A program made the translations under genes and the position numbers. Source: Catajapyx aquilonaris (lineage: Eukaryota). From it: DNA of 64,000 bases. Numbering within the stretch: position 1 is the stretch's first letter; the number at the start of each line of letters is the position of its first letter. Shown here in pieces: positions 49,426-60,714 of this stretch. The stretch lies in the NCBI GenBank assembly GCA_000934665.2, contig JYFJ02001518.1:1-64000 (forward strand), read 5' to 3'. Under the pieces are notes generated by a model. That model searched no databases. It was given only the letters and a program-made list of their open reading frames with translations, and was not told where the DNA came from.

Positions 49426-52400
49426 ATGGCACGTCCCACCGTCCAGATATACGATGTGCTTCTTAAGGTATTGCATATTTTGCTGCTGACAATAAGAAAT
49501 AGAGCCGGCATAGCGGGCAGAATGTGGCTGTTCTATGTAGGGCCAAGGGCCGAAAGAGGGAAGGAACAGATTGGGCTAGGGCACAGGCTAACCCTTGAGT
49601 AGATGGATGCCAATGCCCAGAGGGAATATCCAGGGATTGCATTACAAATCTTGGGTATTTGCCTCTTCTTGGGAGGTGGCAGTTACAATACTAGAAGGCC
49701 AGTGACAGCATTTTAGAAGATGCTTCAAACCGTGAATCACACTCAATGCAAACCACTTTCTCTCGGCCACTGCAACTTGTAATACTCACTCCGGGCTTGT
49801 TTCACCAAACTTACATAGTAATGTCCATGTCTGGGGTCTGGCTTATGTGGATGAAGAACTCAAAAGGCTACCAACGTAGGTCCAATCATCCTGGTTCCTA
49901 TACGTTATGAGAGCTTGTATGGCTCTATCTCCACGTCTGAGGTACGAGGGTGGTTCAGTAAATAACCTTACAAGTTGATTTACAAATTTGTACTAGACAT
50001 TATGTGAACTATTCTCGGTTTAGGTGGTACGGCCATTCGTGTAGTTGGTATGGAGTGTTTCAGATCCACCACGTGACACCAGGTAGTCACGTGACAGCTA
50101 TTTGAAGGTGGCGGCCCTGATGGAGGTGTGCACCAGAGAAGAGCAGCGGTTTCCTTGCCAGTGAAGGTGTGAAACCCACAGACATTCACCGTTGGATGAA
50201 GGCACAGTATGGTAGTGCCTGAATATCACTACTGCAGGTGTATGCATGAGCGTGGAAGTTCGCAGGAGGCTTGGCAAGTGTGCTGGACACCCCACGACCT
50301 GGTCGCCTGCACACTGCTGTCACGGACGAGACTGCATAGCGGCCGCAGATGAGCTTCATCGTCAAGACTGACGCATCAGTGTGAATGGTGGGAGTGTTGG
50401 GTCAGTTGAGGTCATCATACACCGGCACCTGAGATACACGAAAGTGTCGGCCAGATGGGTTTCCAGGCAATTGACACATGAATTGAAGGAACTGAGTATC
50501 GATGCATGTGAAATGCTTCTCAGACGTTACAAGGAGGAAGGAGAGGACTTTTTGTATCGTAGAGTGACTGGCGATGACTGCTGGGGGCATCACTTCCAGC
50601 CAGAAACTAAACGTTCCAGCAAAGAATGGCGACACTCATCTTCCCCAAAACCCAACTCCTTTCTCTGGTGCACACCTCCAGTGGGGCCGCCATCTTCAAA
50701 TAGCTGTTACGTGATTAGACATGGTGGATCTGAAATGCTCCGTACCTACTACACGAATGGCCGTACCACCTAAAGCAAGAATAGTTCACATAATGTATAG
50801 TGTAAATTTGTAAATCAACTTGTAAGATTATTTACTGAACCACCCTCGTATTTAACCCCAGAATGTGGGTATTAGTCCAGGAAAGATGAGGTTTGGGGTA
50901 AAAAAAAAAACTGCAATGGAAATGTAATTTTCACCATTTGTCCAGAAAACTTTGGAGAACAACATATCTAAGGCCCGATTTCTCGAACAGTGGTTCAAGT
51001 CAGTTTGAACTGGGTTTGCGTCTACCCGCTGGATTCAGTTTAAACTCTCCTTCCGAACGTGTGCATTTCATAGCGTAAACAATCCCTCTGTTACTATGCG
51101 AACGACAAGCCTCGGTTAGAATTGCACCGTTGCTACATGTCGCGTCCTACCCATTTACCCGAACCGGTCTGAACTGCTGTGCGAGTCTTTACCGGCCTGT
51201 AAACAAACTCTGGTCAGCAAGTCTAGAAGGTGGAGAGAGGGACATCGCATTTGAAGTGTCATTTTTTGACTAGCTGCCGACGTTACGTCGCAAAATGAAT
51301 TTTTTATGACACTTCTCGGAGGCCAAAAAATTCCCCCTGTGGACCCTGGATAGTGCAAATCTTTGTCTTTCTAATGATATATTTGAAACTCAGAAATCGC
51401 CATTTGTGTAATCATAATTAAGTTCATTACACATCTCCGTTATCTCGGCCGTTTCTCATCCGAATTACTTCACGAATGTACCGACGGAAAGCCAGAAATG
51501 TAAATGATAAATTACATCGTGCTACACTAAAAATTTTCAATGTATTTAAAAGTATCGCCGTCTATTCCCGCCAGAAAGCGGGCTGAGTACTTGTATTTTA
51601 AACTTACTAAAACAGTACTTTGAAAAATTTTAGTGTAATAGAGCACGATGTAATTTTATCACGCGCATGTCTGGCTTGCCGTCAATACATTCGTGAGGTA
51701 ATTCGGATTATAAACAGCCGAGATAACAGAGGTGTGCAATTGACTTATTTATGATTACACATAGTTGCGATTTCTAAGTTTCAAATACATCATTAGATAG
51801 ACAAAGATATGCACTATATATATATGGTTCACAGGGGGAATTTTTTGGCCTCCGAGAAGTGCCATAAAAACTCATTTTGCGAAGTAACGTCGCCAACTAG
51901 TCAAAAAATGACACCTTTCATTGTTGTTCCCGGCATTCCAAATCTGCTTTATTCCCGATAATGGCTGGCAATCGGGCTGTCAGATGTGAACCGAGTTTAA
52001 ACAGCATCCGGGGTTAACTTTAGCCTCGAGAAATGGAAATTTCTCTGAACTGGGTTTAAACCAGATTTGAACCGCTGTTCGAGAAATCGGCCCTAAAGTT
52101 CACAGCGAGGACGTTCCTTAATGCACCGGTGCACTGGCCACTGCGCCCGGCCGGTTCCCCTCCGGTACTGCTACCAATGACGTCAGGGCTCGGATTAAAT
52201 GAACGTTTTTTGGTACGCACAGGTAACAAATGGCGACCAACCGCAGAAGTAGTCTAGTTTCACATACTCATAACCAGTGCTTGGACTCGCCATGTTGGAT
52301 CAACCGGACGAACCATATCCCCTAGCCCGGTGCAATCAGTACCCTACCGGTGAGGTCATACATGGCGTTGCCTCTGCTACCAGTCAGCGGACCGGAGAAT

Positions 52401-55011
52401 TTAGTAATGATTCTGGTCGCATCGGTTGGCTACCGATGCATTTAGTAACATCCTCAGCGATTGGTGTGGGGGAACCCGCCACCATCTTGGAAAAAAGGCG
52501 GCGAAAATAGGTTTTATAGATTTATCTCGTAATATTCGGTCCCTACCACTTTTTTGTGGAGGGAATCTCTACAAAGATATCACCGATTATATTGACACCA
52601 CATAACCACAGTACAGAGATATTATGCAGATATGCTGTTTTTACTCAAGCATTTATGTGAATATGTTGTTCTCCAAATTTTTCTGGTCAAATGGTGAAAA
52701 TATTGGGTGGAATTTTCGTCCCACTGATAGTTACTGCTAACTTATCAGTGCCATGGCCAATACTGGTACTGATAAGTTAGCAGTAGCTATCCGTGGGATG
52801 ACGACGAAAGGTGTTCAAAACATAAAAGTAACTGTCACTACCACACTACAATGTTCCTCATTGTTTTGTTGTAAAAAAAAAACTCCGTTATGGGCATTTG
52901 CCTACTCTTAGATAAACTCTTAATAAAGGATTAAATTTTCACAATCTTGTCAAAGACTTTTTTCAGTAGATGGAGATGAGGAATGAGCCTTTATGTGCAT
53001 GTGGCATACTCTCGACCCTTTGGCTGGGAGAAATTAGAAAATTTTCCATACTCACCTACATGAAATTCGACTTAGGGAGACTGAAAATGCATCAATATCC
53101 CATGTAAGGCCCTGCCTGTACTTCGAGTTATGGCGAACTTCGGGTTGTAGAAATTCGAGTTAGGGAAGTTTATTTCCTATTATTTTACATTGTGACCAAC
53201 CAAGCTCATCATTTTCTTCGACTTATAGAGAACTTCGACTTAGGGAAGTTCGACTTATAGAAGTTTTACTGTAATCTGGTATAGTCATTTGTAAGGAATG
53301 TCTTAAAATTTGTAACTCATAAGCTCTTTTTTTGCGGAAATTCCAGAGGCTGCAAGAGCATCATTGTGAGATAAAGGGCAGCATATTTGGGTTGCGAGGA
53401 CCAGAAAACATCACCCTTATTGGACTTCTGTGTGAAAGAGTACATGGAGAGAAAGTAGAAGAGGGTCGTTCCATGCATGATTCCAGTGCAGAGGAGTGGG
53501 AGGAAATGATGCCTGCAGGGATGGTTCGTCTTGGTGTTTTCCACAAGGGGCAGCCTTGGGCTGATCCAGTAGCTTTCTTAGATGAATTTAGCACAGAGGG
53601 TGGACCATGGGTAGCGCTGGAGGTCAATGGACAGGTGAGGCTGCATCTGTGGGGTTGCCCTGGAGTGGAAGATGGGCCAACACTTGAAGAATCTGTGCCT
53701 TATGATGTTGTCACTTCCACTGGAACTGTGTTGGTTCGTATTAGGGGAAGTGTGCCTCTTGTCTGCCCATGGTCTGAAGCAGGGATTGAAGATGCACTGG
53801 GGCGTATTTCACAACAGCTACAGCGAGCCACTTTTAAGCCAAAGGGAAAGGGGAGGGACACTACGCATCCGATGATATTGCCCAAGGGCCAAATTGTGGG
53901 CAAGGACATCACCATTCAAGATTTGGCAAGAAAGACAGGACTGTCTAAGGGTGGCCCACAGGTAGACTATGACTTATTGATACAGACAGGGGCAGGAGAT
54001 GCAGGAGCTGAGTTTTCCCCTGTCATTGAGTATGACAATCATGATGGGGAATTTCTGGATGGCAAGCTAAATTTGGATACGTTGGCCCTTCTAGAGGCAA
54101 AAACGAAGATGAGCAATATGTGGGATACATTAAAGGCAGCATTGGAGAGAAATCTCAATATCGTGAAGCATAATATAGATTTCCAAACAAAGTCCCTACC
54201 ACACCCATGCCACTTTGATCTTGACCAGTGTGGACACTGGATAACAGTCGTGCTTACACATGGGCAAAAGCATGCATTGTCATTGGGCCAAAAGTTGCTT
54301 TTGAATAAGCCACTTTCAACAGGATGTGCTTTGCAAACAATGGAAAAGGTGTACCCTGGCATATTGATCGATCCACATACAGCTATACCAGTGCATCCAG
54401 GTGCAGAGCAGGGGTGGATCATACAGATCATAAAAGGCAAATGTGCCTACTTCCACTACATGCAACATGGATTTGATGACAATGGGTGGGGCTGTGCATA
54501 TCGGTCCTTGCAGACCTTGTGTTCATGGTTTAATCTACAGGGCCACTCAAACCCTGAAAATATCCAGGATCCAATCCCAACCCACCTTGAAATACAGAAA
54601 GCTCTGGTCAAAGTGGGTGACAAGGCACCATCTTTCATTGGGAGCAAGAAGTGGATTGGTTCTACTGAAGTTGGTTTCTGCCTCATAGAGCTCATGGGTG
54701 TAGCACCTCGTTTTTTGTCGGTCAGCAGTGGGGAGCAGATGCCCACACTGGCAAGGCAGTTGGCAAAACACTTCAGGGAAAATGGTGGGCCAGTGATGAT
54801 TGGAGGAGGAGTGTTGGCCCACACCATCATTGGAGTGTCTTTCAATGAGGAAACAGGAGATGCACAGTATTTGGTTCTTGATCCGCATTACACAGGGGCC
54901 GATGAGATTGGGGCAGTCATCAAGGGGGGCTGGTGTGGCTGGAAGAAAAACTACTTCTGGAACCCTGAAGCATTCTATAATCTTTGCTTACCACAGCTTG
55001 ATGTTCCCTGA
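49426..55011 (+). CDS. UFSP2: Ufm1-specific protease 2 (peptidase C78), 2 exons, 568 aa
   Basis: Exon 2 (53347-55011) has YFHYMQHGFDDNGWGCAYRSLQT (catalytic Cys), WIGSTEV, PVMIGGGVLAHTI, LDPHYTG and FYNLCLPQ. There is no in-frame ATG at its start, but a CAG acceptor ends at 53346. Proposed exon 1 is 49426-49467 (MARPTVQIYDVLLK, then GT), joining in phase 0. Exon 1 is less certain than exon 2. Confidence 0.9.
49945..50848 (+). mobile_element. mariner element with a partial transposase and long inverted ends
   Basis: TA-CGAGGGTGGTTCAGTAAATAA TIR. ORF has KVSARWVSRQLT (WVPHEL motif) and VTGDDCW (TGDE.W). Right arm 50657-50848 is an inverted copy of the left 200 bp. Confidence 0.92.
50972..52093. 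mobile_element. PIF/Harbinger-like element with an inner palindrome (about 51256-51914)
   Basis: TAA-ggcccgatttctcgaac / gttcgagaaatcggccc-TAA. Inner arms of about 300 bp. Confidence 0.87.
52720..52797. repeat. 78-bp hairpin (mini-MITE)
   Basis: cccactgatagttactgctaacttatcagt / actgataagttagcagtagctatccgtggg. Confidence 0.8.
53060..53272. mobile_element. pogo/Tigger-type MITE remnant
   Basis: Several ttcga(c/g)tta subterminal repeats ending in GTTTTACTG-TA. Confidence 0.65.
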
Positions 55012-55848
55012 TGACTGATTTTATGACTTTATTAGGCCTGGTGGACCAATAGCAGTTAGATCCCAGATTGAAGAGGTTGGACATGTGACTAAGGAGTGAA
55101 TGGTGCTTTCGTTTTTTTTGAGACTAGTATGCAGTAGGAGTGACATATTCTGTGCTTACAAATGAGATTCTGGAGTGAGTGAAAACCACCTAACAACATA
55201 CAACTGAATGATCACTTCCTCATTGGAATTGTATTCATCATATGCCATGTATTACTGTTGCATTTTATGTTATTTGAATGCTGGACTGAAAGTCATTTGA
55301 TTGAGCATAGGAATCTGACTAGCTTAACGGGGGAAGTCAATAAAATACAGCAGATTTGTGCAAAGGAAATGAGGCTGAGTTCCCGGAAATTGTAGCCTAC
55401 TAAAGTCTGACCATTTTCAGAAAGGGACAGCGTCATAGACCTAGCCACAACCTCTCAGCTCTCACTCAATAAGCTTCAAATATCCCTTTCAAATAGGTGT
55501 AGTGTTGGAAGCAGGAATAAACCACAGAAATTGATCCTGCCTCTGATTGGTGATGTTCATTTATGAAAATGGTCACACTATAATCTGACTAGATTAATTG
55601 GGGAAGTTAATAAAATAGAATAGACTTGTATGAAGGATAAGAATGCAACTGAGTTCCATAAAGTTGTACTCAAAACATGTTTTCTGATGGTAAATTTTGC
55701 TGGCATGTAAAGAAAATCTTCATTAAAAAACTACTGTTTTTCTATAGCTTCATATAGAAACTATATTGTATTAGTTTAGATTTAAATTCCCAATTTTTTA
55801 TGCCAGGAGCCCATTTCATATTTACTTCTTCTTTTGACAAGTGAAATA

Positions 55849-56156
55849 CAGGTTGAGAATCCTTTATCTGAAATCCCCAAATCCGAAGGTTTTTTGAGTG
55901 CTGACATGACACACCACAAATGGAAAGTTCATTGTGACTAGAAAATGACTAGCATCATTACCTGTAGCTGTACATATATTAAAATTATAAAATACCTACA
56001 GATTCCTACAGAAAAATATATGGATATTGCGTTCAGGCATTTAAAAAGCTGTCCCATTTCATAGTTCCCAGTATGCAAGCATGACAAAATCTGGAAAAAT
56101 CCCAAATCTTAAACACTCCTGGTCCCAAGCATTGTGGATAAAGGATTCTCAACCTG
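55849..56156. mobile_element. Tigger-type MITE resembling MER46/Tigger4
   Basis: TA-CAGGTTGAGAATCCTTTATC...GATAAAGGATTCTCAACCTG-TA. Confidence 0.9.
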
Positions 56157-56203
56157 TAATTTAATTGTCCATAACCAGTTATTGCAAGCGGCAGCTGATA
56201 GGG

Positions 56204-56424
56204 CAGGGGTTCCCGACCTTTTTGCACCTGCGACCCCCCCAAATCACCTAAAATTTCTCCACGGCCCCCCTTGCAAAAGTAACACATAAATCTTTAATGA
56301 AGCAGCCAAACATCTTGAATGAAGCAGCCAAACAATACAAGAAATTTCCCCACAATATTAATACAAAACACCAAATATGGTACAATGCCTCTCACGGCCA
56401 CGACTCCCAGGTTGGGAACCCATG
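56204..56424. mobile_element. hAT (Charlie-type) MITE
   Basis: CAGGGGTTCCCGACCT / AGGTTGGGAACCCATG with an 8-bp duplication TGATAGGG. Confidence 0.88.
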
Positions 56425-57675
56425 TGATAGGGTGTTATTTCTCAATCCTCGGAGGGATTCTTAGAGTTGATGCAGTCCTTTGTCACACACCTTGTCAGAG
56501 AACCACAGTAGATGCTGTTGGTATATTTAAATGATTTGTGAGACCGGGGGGAAGGAATAATATAAAAAAGCTGAAGAAGATTACAGTGGAGCATCGATTA
56601 TTATCCTAAACAATGGAGGACTGGGGTGTTCAGATAACTGATTTTTCGGATAACAGATCATTTACGGGGGGAAATTGTACCAGTGTCATAGGAGCAATGT
56701 GAAACAAAGAAACCGTGATATCAAACACAAAACTGTATATTTTGTATCACAGTCACAGCTTAAAAATACATATATGTACCTTACATAAAGTAGGATACAG
56801 TATTTAAAAAAAAATAATCTAATACATATTTCAAGACCTATGTCTGGATGTCTGTCACCTAAACAGATCCATACGGAGGCCTCCACATATGCCCCAGGAG
56901 TATCACCAGGGGTAGTTTTTTACCGGGAAGGTTCTTAGCGCATTGGAATTTACCTCCGAGGTCATCCTTGGCCACAGGAGGCGAAAAGGACTTTGGAACA
57001 CTCTTCTAACAATGAGCAATTGGCTGTAAACAACACCTGTCTGGGGTTACCTGGGCAACCACTGAATGCTCAAGGCCATGAATCACCCCCTCCCCACTGC
57101 CCCCACCCCCCACTCCTGTCCCATGCACCCACCCCCCATTCCCCCCTCCCCACCATTCCCGTTCCGTAATAATCAACATTTAACTTTCCATATTTCATTA
57201 TTATTACAAACACAACAAAAAAAACACGTTCCCACGGCAACGACGTTCCATCGCAATCTACAAGCAGTTCCATAATCTACAGCGGCGCATTATCAAAAAA
57301 AATACGGTAACAATGAAGCTCTTGGCGACGACCTAAACAAACTCGCTTATGCATGGGCAGCATATGGGGCATCGACATGTCCACGCTTCTGCGGCCATAG
57401 TACGGCGCAAAAATGGTGCAATGGACACAGAAATTACACCAAAAAATAGGACATGATCTGGCGCAGGGCACCTTCGTCGTCATTTTACCATTTTTGGCCT
57501 AGAAGTGACCTTTGGAGTTGAAGTGAAAGGAAAGTGGCGTTCCCCAAAAGCCCATTTGAATAACATGGCGGCAGGAAACGCGACAAAGTCGTGAACGCTT
57601 CTGCGCCCGTATGTCCACAATTTTAATGCAATCATATCGAGTATGGTACAGTACCATATATAGTAAAGGCCAAAC

Positions 57676-57876
57676 CAAAGAGCTTATACTAGGGGCCTTA
57701 TACTAGGGCCTCTGGGGCTTTTATTGCCATATTTCCGGCACTGCCTCGATCTACCGTATTGTACAATACAGTATCGAGTTTCGCTGTCGACTCGCCAGGT
57801 GGCAGGTCAGTCGATTGGCGACACGGTTGCTATGCTACCAGCTGTTTTTTCCACTCTTCCTAGTATAAGCTCTTTG
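57676..57876. mobile_element. MITE with 8-bp duplication (P-element-like or hAT-like)
   Basis: Perfect 18-bp TIR caaagagcttatactagg; duplication GGCCAAAC. Confidence 0.85.
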
Positions 57877-58355
57877 GGCCAAACCTTTGCGCAGGGCACC
57901 TTCTTCGTGATTTTTCCGATTAACGGTGCGTTTCGCCACAAAAATTTAAAATTCCCTCAAAAATGCACCTACCGCATTTTTACTTATGCGCCTCCTTAAC
58001 CTTAACGTGGTGGTGGTCCTTGACTTCTCCAGCGACCCCATAGCTGCCTGCTGGCACAGTCATCCAGGCCAGATTGGCCATTTTGGGGTTGGGGAATGAC
58101 TAAGAGAGGTGCCGGTCTTTCAATGCTTTTCTACATTTACTGCACAACCTTCAATTTTTCATGACATACTTTTGCTGGATTTTTAAGGCGTATTGTGTAC
58201 TCTCTTACAATCTTACATCCGCAGTTTGGTGTGTGGACTTCATCCACATGCAATGTGCTCCATGTAACAGGTATGCCAACATTGTATAGCCATAATTATT
58301 TCAAAGGTTACTACCAAATCGATGACTTACACCTACATGGAAAAGTATTTCATAA

Positions 58356-58382
58356 CCCGAGCAACGCCGGGTATCCTGCTAG
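58356..58382 (+). mobile_element. Helitron 3' end
   Basis: Hairpin cccgagcaacgccggg, 7-nt spacer, then CTAG followed by T. Confidence 0.75.
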
Positions 58383-58970
58383 TAATTCATAATAATTCAT
58401 ACCCCGTTATCAGCCATTGGCTCTTTAGGAGGGAAGTTTGTTTTGGGAAGTCTTCCTGAGCGGTGAAAACCTAAGGAATAAAATGAAATGAAATGAAGTT
58501 TGTTTTGCCTGGAAACCACATCACCTATACAATATTATTTTCATAGCCAGGGCAGGCTCCTCCCTCCAACAGAGTTGCCACCTCACCTTTCCTGCTCGTA
58601 GAAGGCCAGCCCATTTCAGCTACTTGACTTTTGAGACTAGTGAGGGAAGTGCCTATCATTTGGGAACAGGAATGCCATAGCATTGTACTTCAGCTCAAGA
58701 AACAGGTTGAGTGTGAATAACCTCATTCATGATATCAAAAACAACTTTCATTTGACCCAAAAGCAATCTATTTGCATAAGGTTCCAAGCAAATCCAAACA
58801 TTTACAAATGAAGGCATTGCCGTCATGTTATTTGAAGTTGCTTTGGAATCTGACTATTAGGATTAGGGAGATGTGCATACTGACAAGGGAAGGTCACCCA
58901 TTGTACATGCAGTTGCTGAATGAAACTTGGCACAATAATATAGGCAGGTAAGTGATTAACCTGAATGCAG

Positions 58971-59190
58971 GTAGGCGTGGTGGCCGAGTCGGCAACGAGC
59001 TGAGCAAAAGGTCCCTACCCGGGAGTTACCTTTCACCTGCGTCAGGAGGGTCTCTGATCCCCGCCTTGGTAGGCATCTGGCAGCCTAACCTCCAGGGAGA
59101 CTGCACATGACCCCTTTACCGGCATTGCACTTGCACCCGTGTCTCCTCCAAAAATCCTATCCCTACCTCATGTCTTTTCTTCCCTGCACG
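58971..59190 (+). mobile_element. SINE family A, degraded
   Basis: gtggtggccgag head and cctttcacctgcgtcaggagggtctct body. Confidence 0.8.
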
Positions 59191-60606
59191 GTGATAGCAC
59201 AGTGTTGACCTGTTGGACTCCAGCTTAAGAGCTCCCTGTCAACAGTCGGCAGGTGTGCAGCCTGAGGATGCATCTCAATCTGGATGGAAACCCATGGCAA
59301 CGATGACCTGAATGATGGGATTTCAACAGGGTAATAATTTGCATCGATTTCTGTCATGGGTAGGGACCTTGGCTGATTCAAATGCTGTCTGTAAGTCTTT
59401 GGGTTCAAGGCAAGAGATTAATATTGTCTGGCACTCTTCAACATGATTGCTGCAACACCTGAGGTCATCTGTCAGGTCAATTGGACTGGAGAGGATGCCC
59501 ACTCGCTACAACAGTTTACAAAATTGATGCAATGATTGGTGTTACTTAGTTAGTGAAACCCTGGGTGTGATGACTCACTGGAACATCTGGTTAGTTCACG
59601 TGGCACCCCTACTTCTTCCCAATGGCTGCCATGGTGGTGGACTGAAAGGCTCGGTCAATGGTCACCCTCTTCTGCACACAGTCCATCCTGAAAATATCCA
59701 CATCAAACCCCCCACCTTCCAGATTAGTTCCATTCACAAACCACAATCAATTCAAACAAACACAATGCTGGTTGGCATACTCTTCCGTCCTGGATAACTG
59801 GTGCGATGTATCATTTTTGTGCTCACTAATGACAAAACAAGTCAAAACTCATTCATCTGATTAGCTGGACAGCATTACTGGGAGGATGCAAGCTGCCAGC
59901 TGGTATTAGACAAATCACTCGCATACTAGAATCAGCTGTTGAACATACCTAATGGTGCATTTACATCATTGTGGTTTTTACACATGTGGGCGATTTGATC
60001 AGCATTGTCATCGCCGAGCCATAAAATCTTAATGAAAGCAGTGATTTGGGCCGACGTCACTGTGGTCCCTCAATTCTGTTTGAAATAGACGATGGCAATG
60101 ACATTGCCACACTTCGCCGTTGGATGCCACCAGTCCAGTAACTATGTCACCTGGCGTACCCAAACCATTCGACTGTAAAGTGTACACTGGAGTAACAAAT
60201 TCAAGGAGTACCAAGCAGTACCAAAGAGTAAGGTACCTAAGGAGTACCTGGGAGTTCCACTGAAAGTGTACACCGGAGTACCGGAGTGTAAACGCGGCTT
60301 CACAACCCACCTTGAGACGCTGCCCACCTATTAGAGTAGACAGAGGAATGTAGTTTGCATTTTCAGATGTAGACCACAACTTGCCAAATTAAGATGAATG
60401 TCAGATCAATTGGACTGGAGTGGAGAGGATGCCTACTCGCTACAATGGTTTACAAAATTGACGCAATGATCGGTGTTGCTTGCTGAAATATTAGTCTAAA
60501 TTTGATGCAAAAATTCACTCCATTGCACTTCCCAGTTGACATTGCCAACTGATAATATTCCAGATTGAAATGTGGCAAAACCAATCATGTTACCCTTGCT
60601 TCCTTT

Positions 60607-60714
60607 GTACTATATCGCTCAAAAACATAGAGCCGATTTTGCATTTGACTCAAGTGCAGCCTGCACTTGAATAAAATGCAAAATCGTCTCTATGTTTTTG
60701 AGCGATTTAGTACC
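60607..60714. repeat. Hairpin of about 107 bp (mini-MITE)
   Basis: gtactatatcgctcaaaaacatagag...caagtgcag arms with almost no loop. Confidence 0.82.

Noticed and set aside
53347..55011. UFSP2 as a retrocopy because of its single 1.67-kb exon
   Set aside because: It has an acceptor and a plausible upstream coding exon, an intact catalytic site and no poly(A) remnant.
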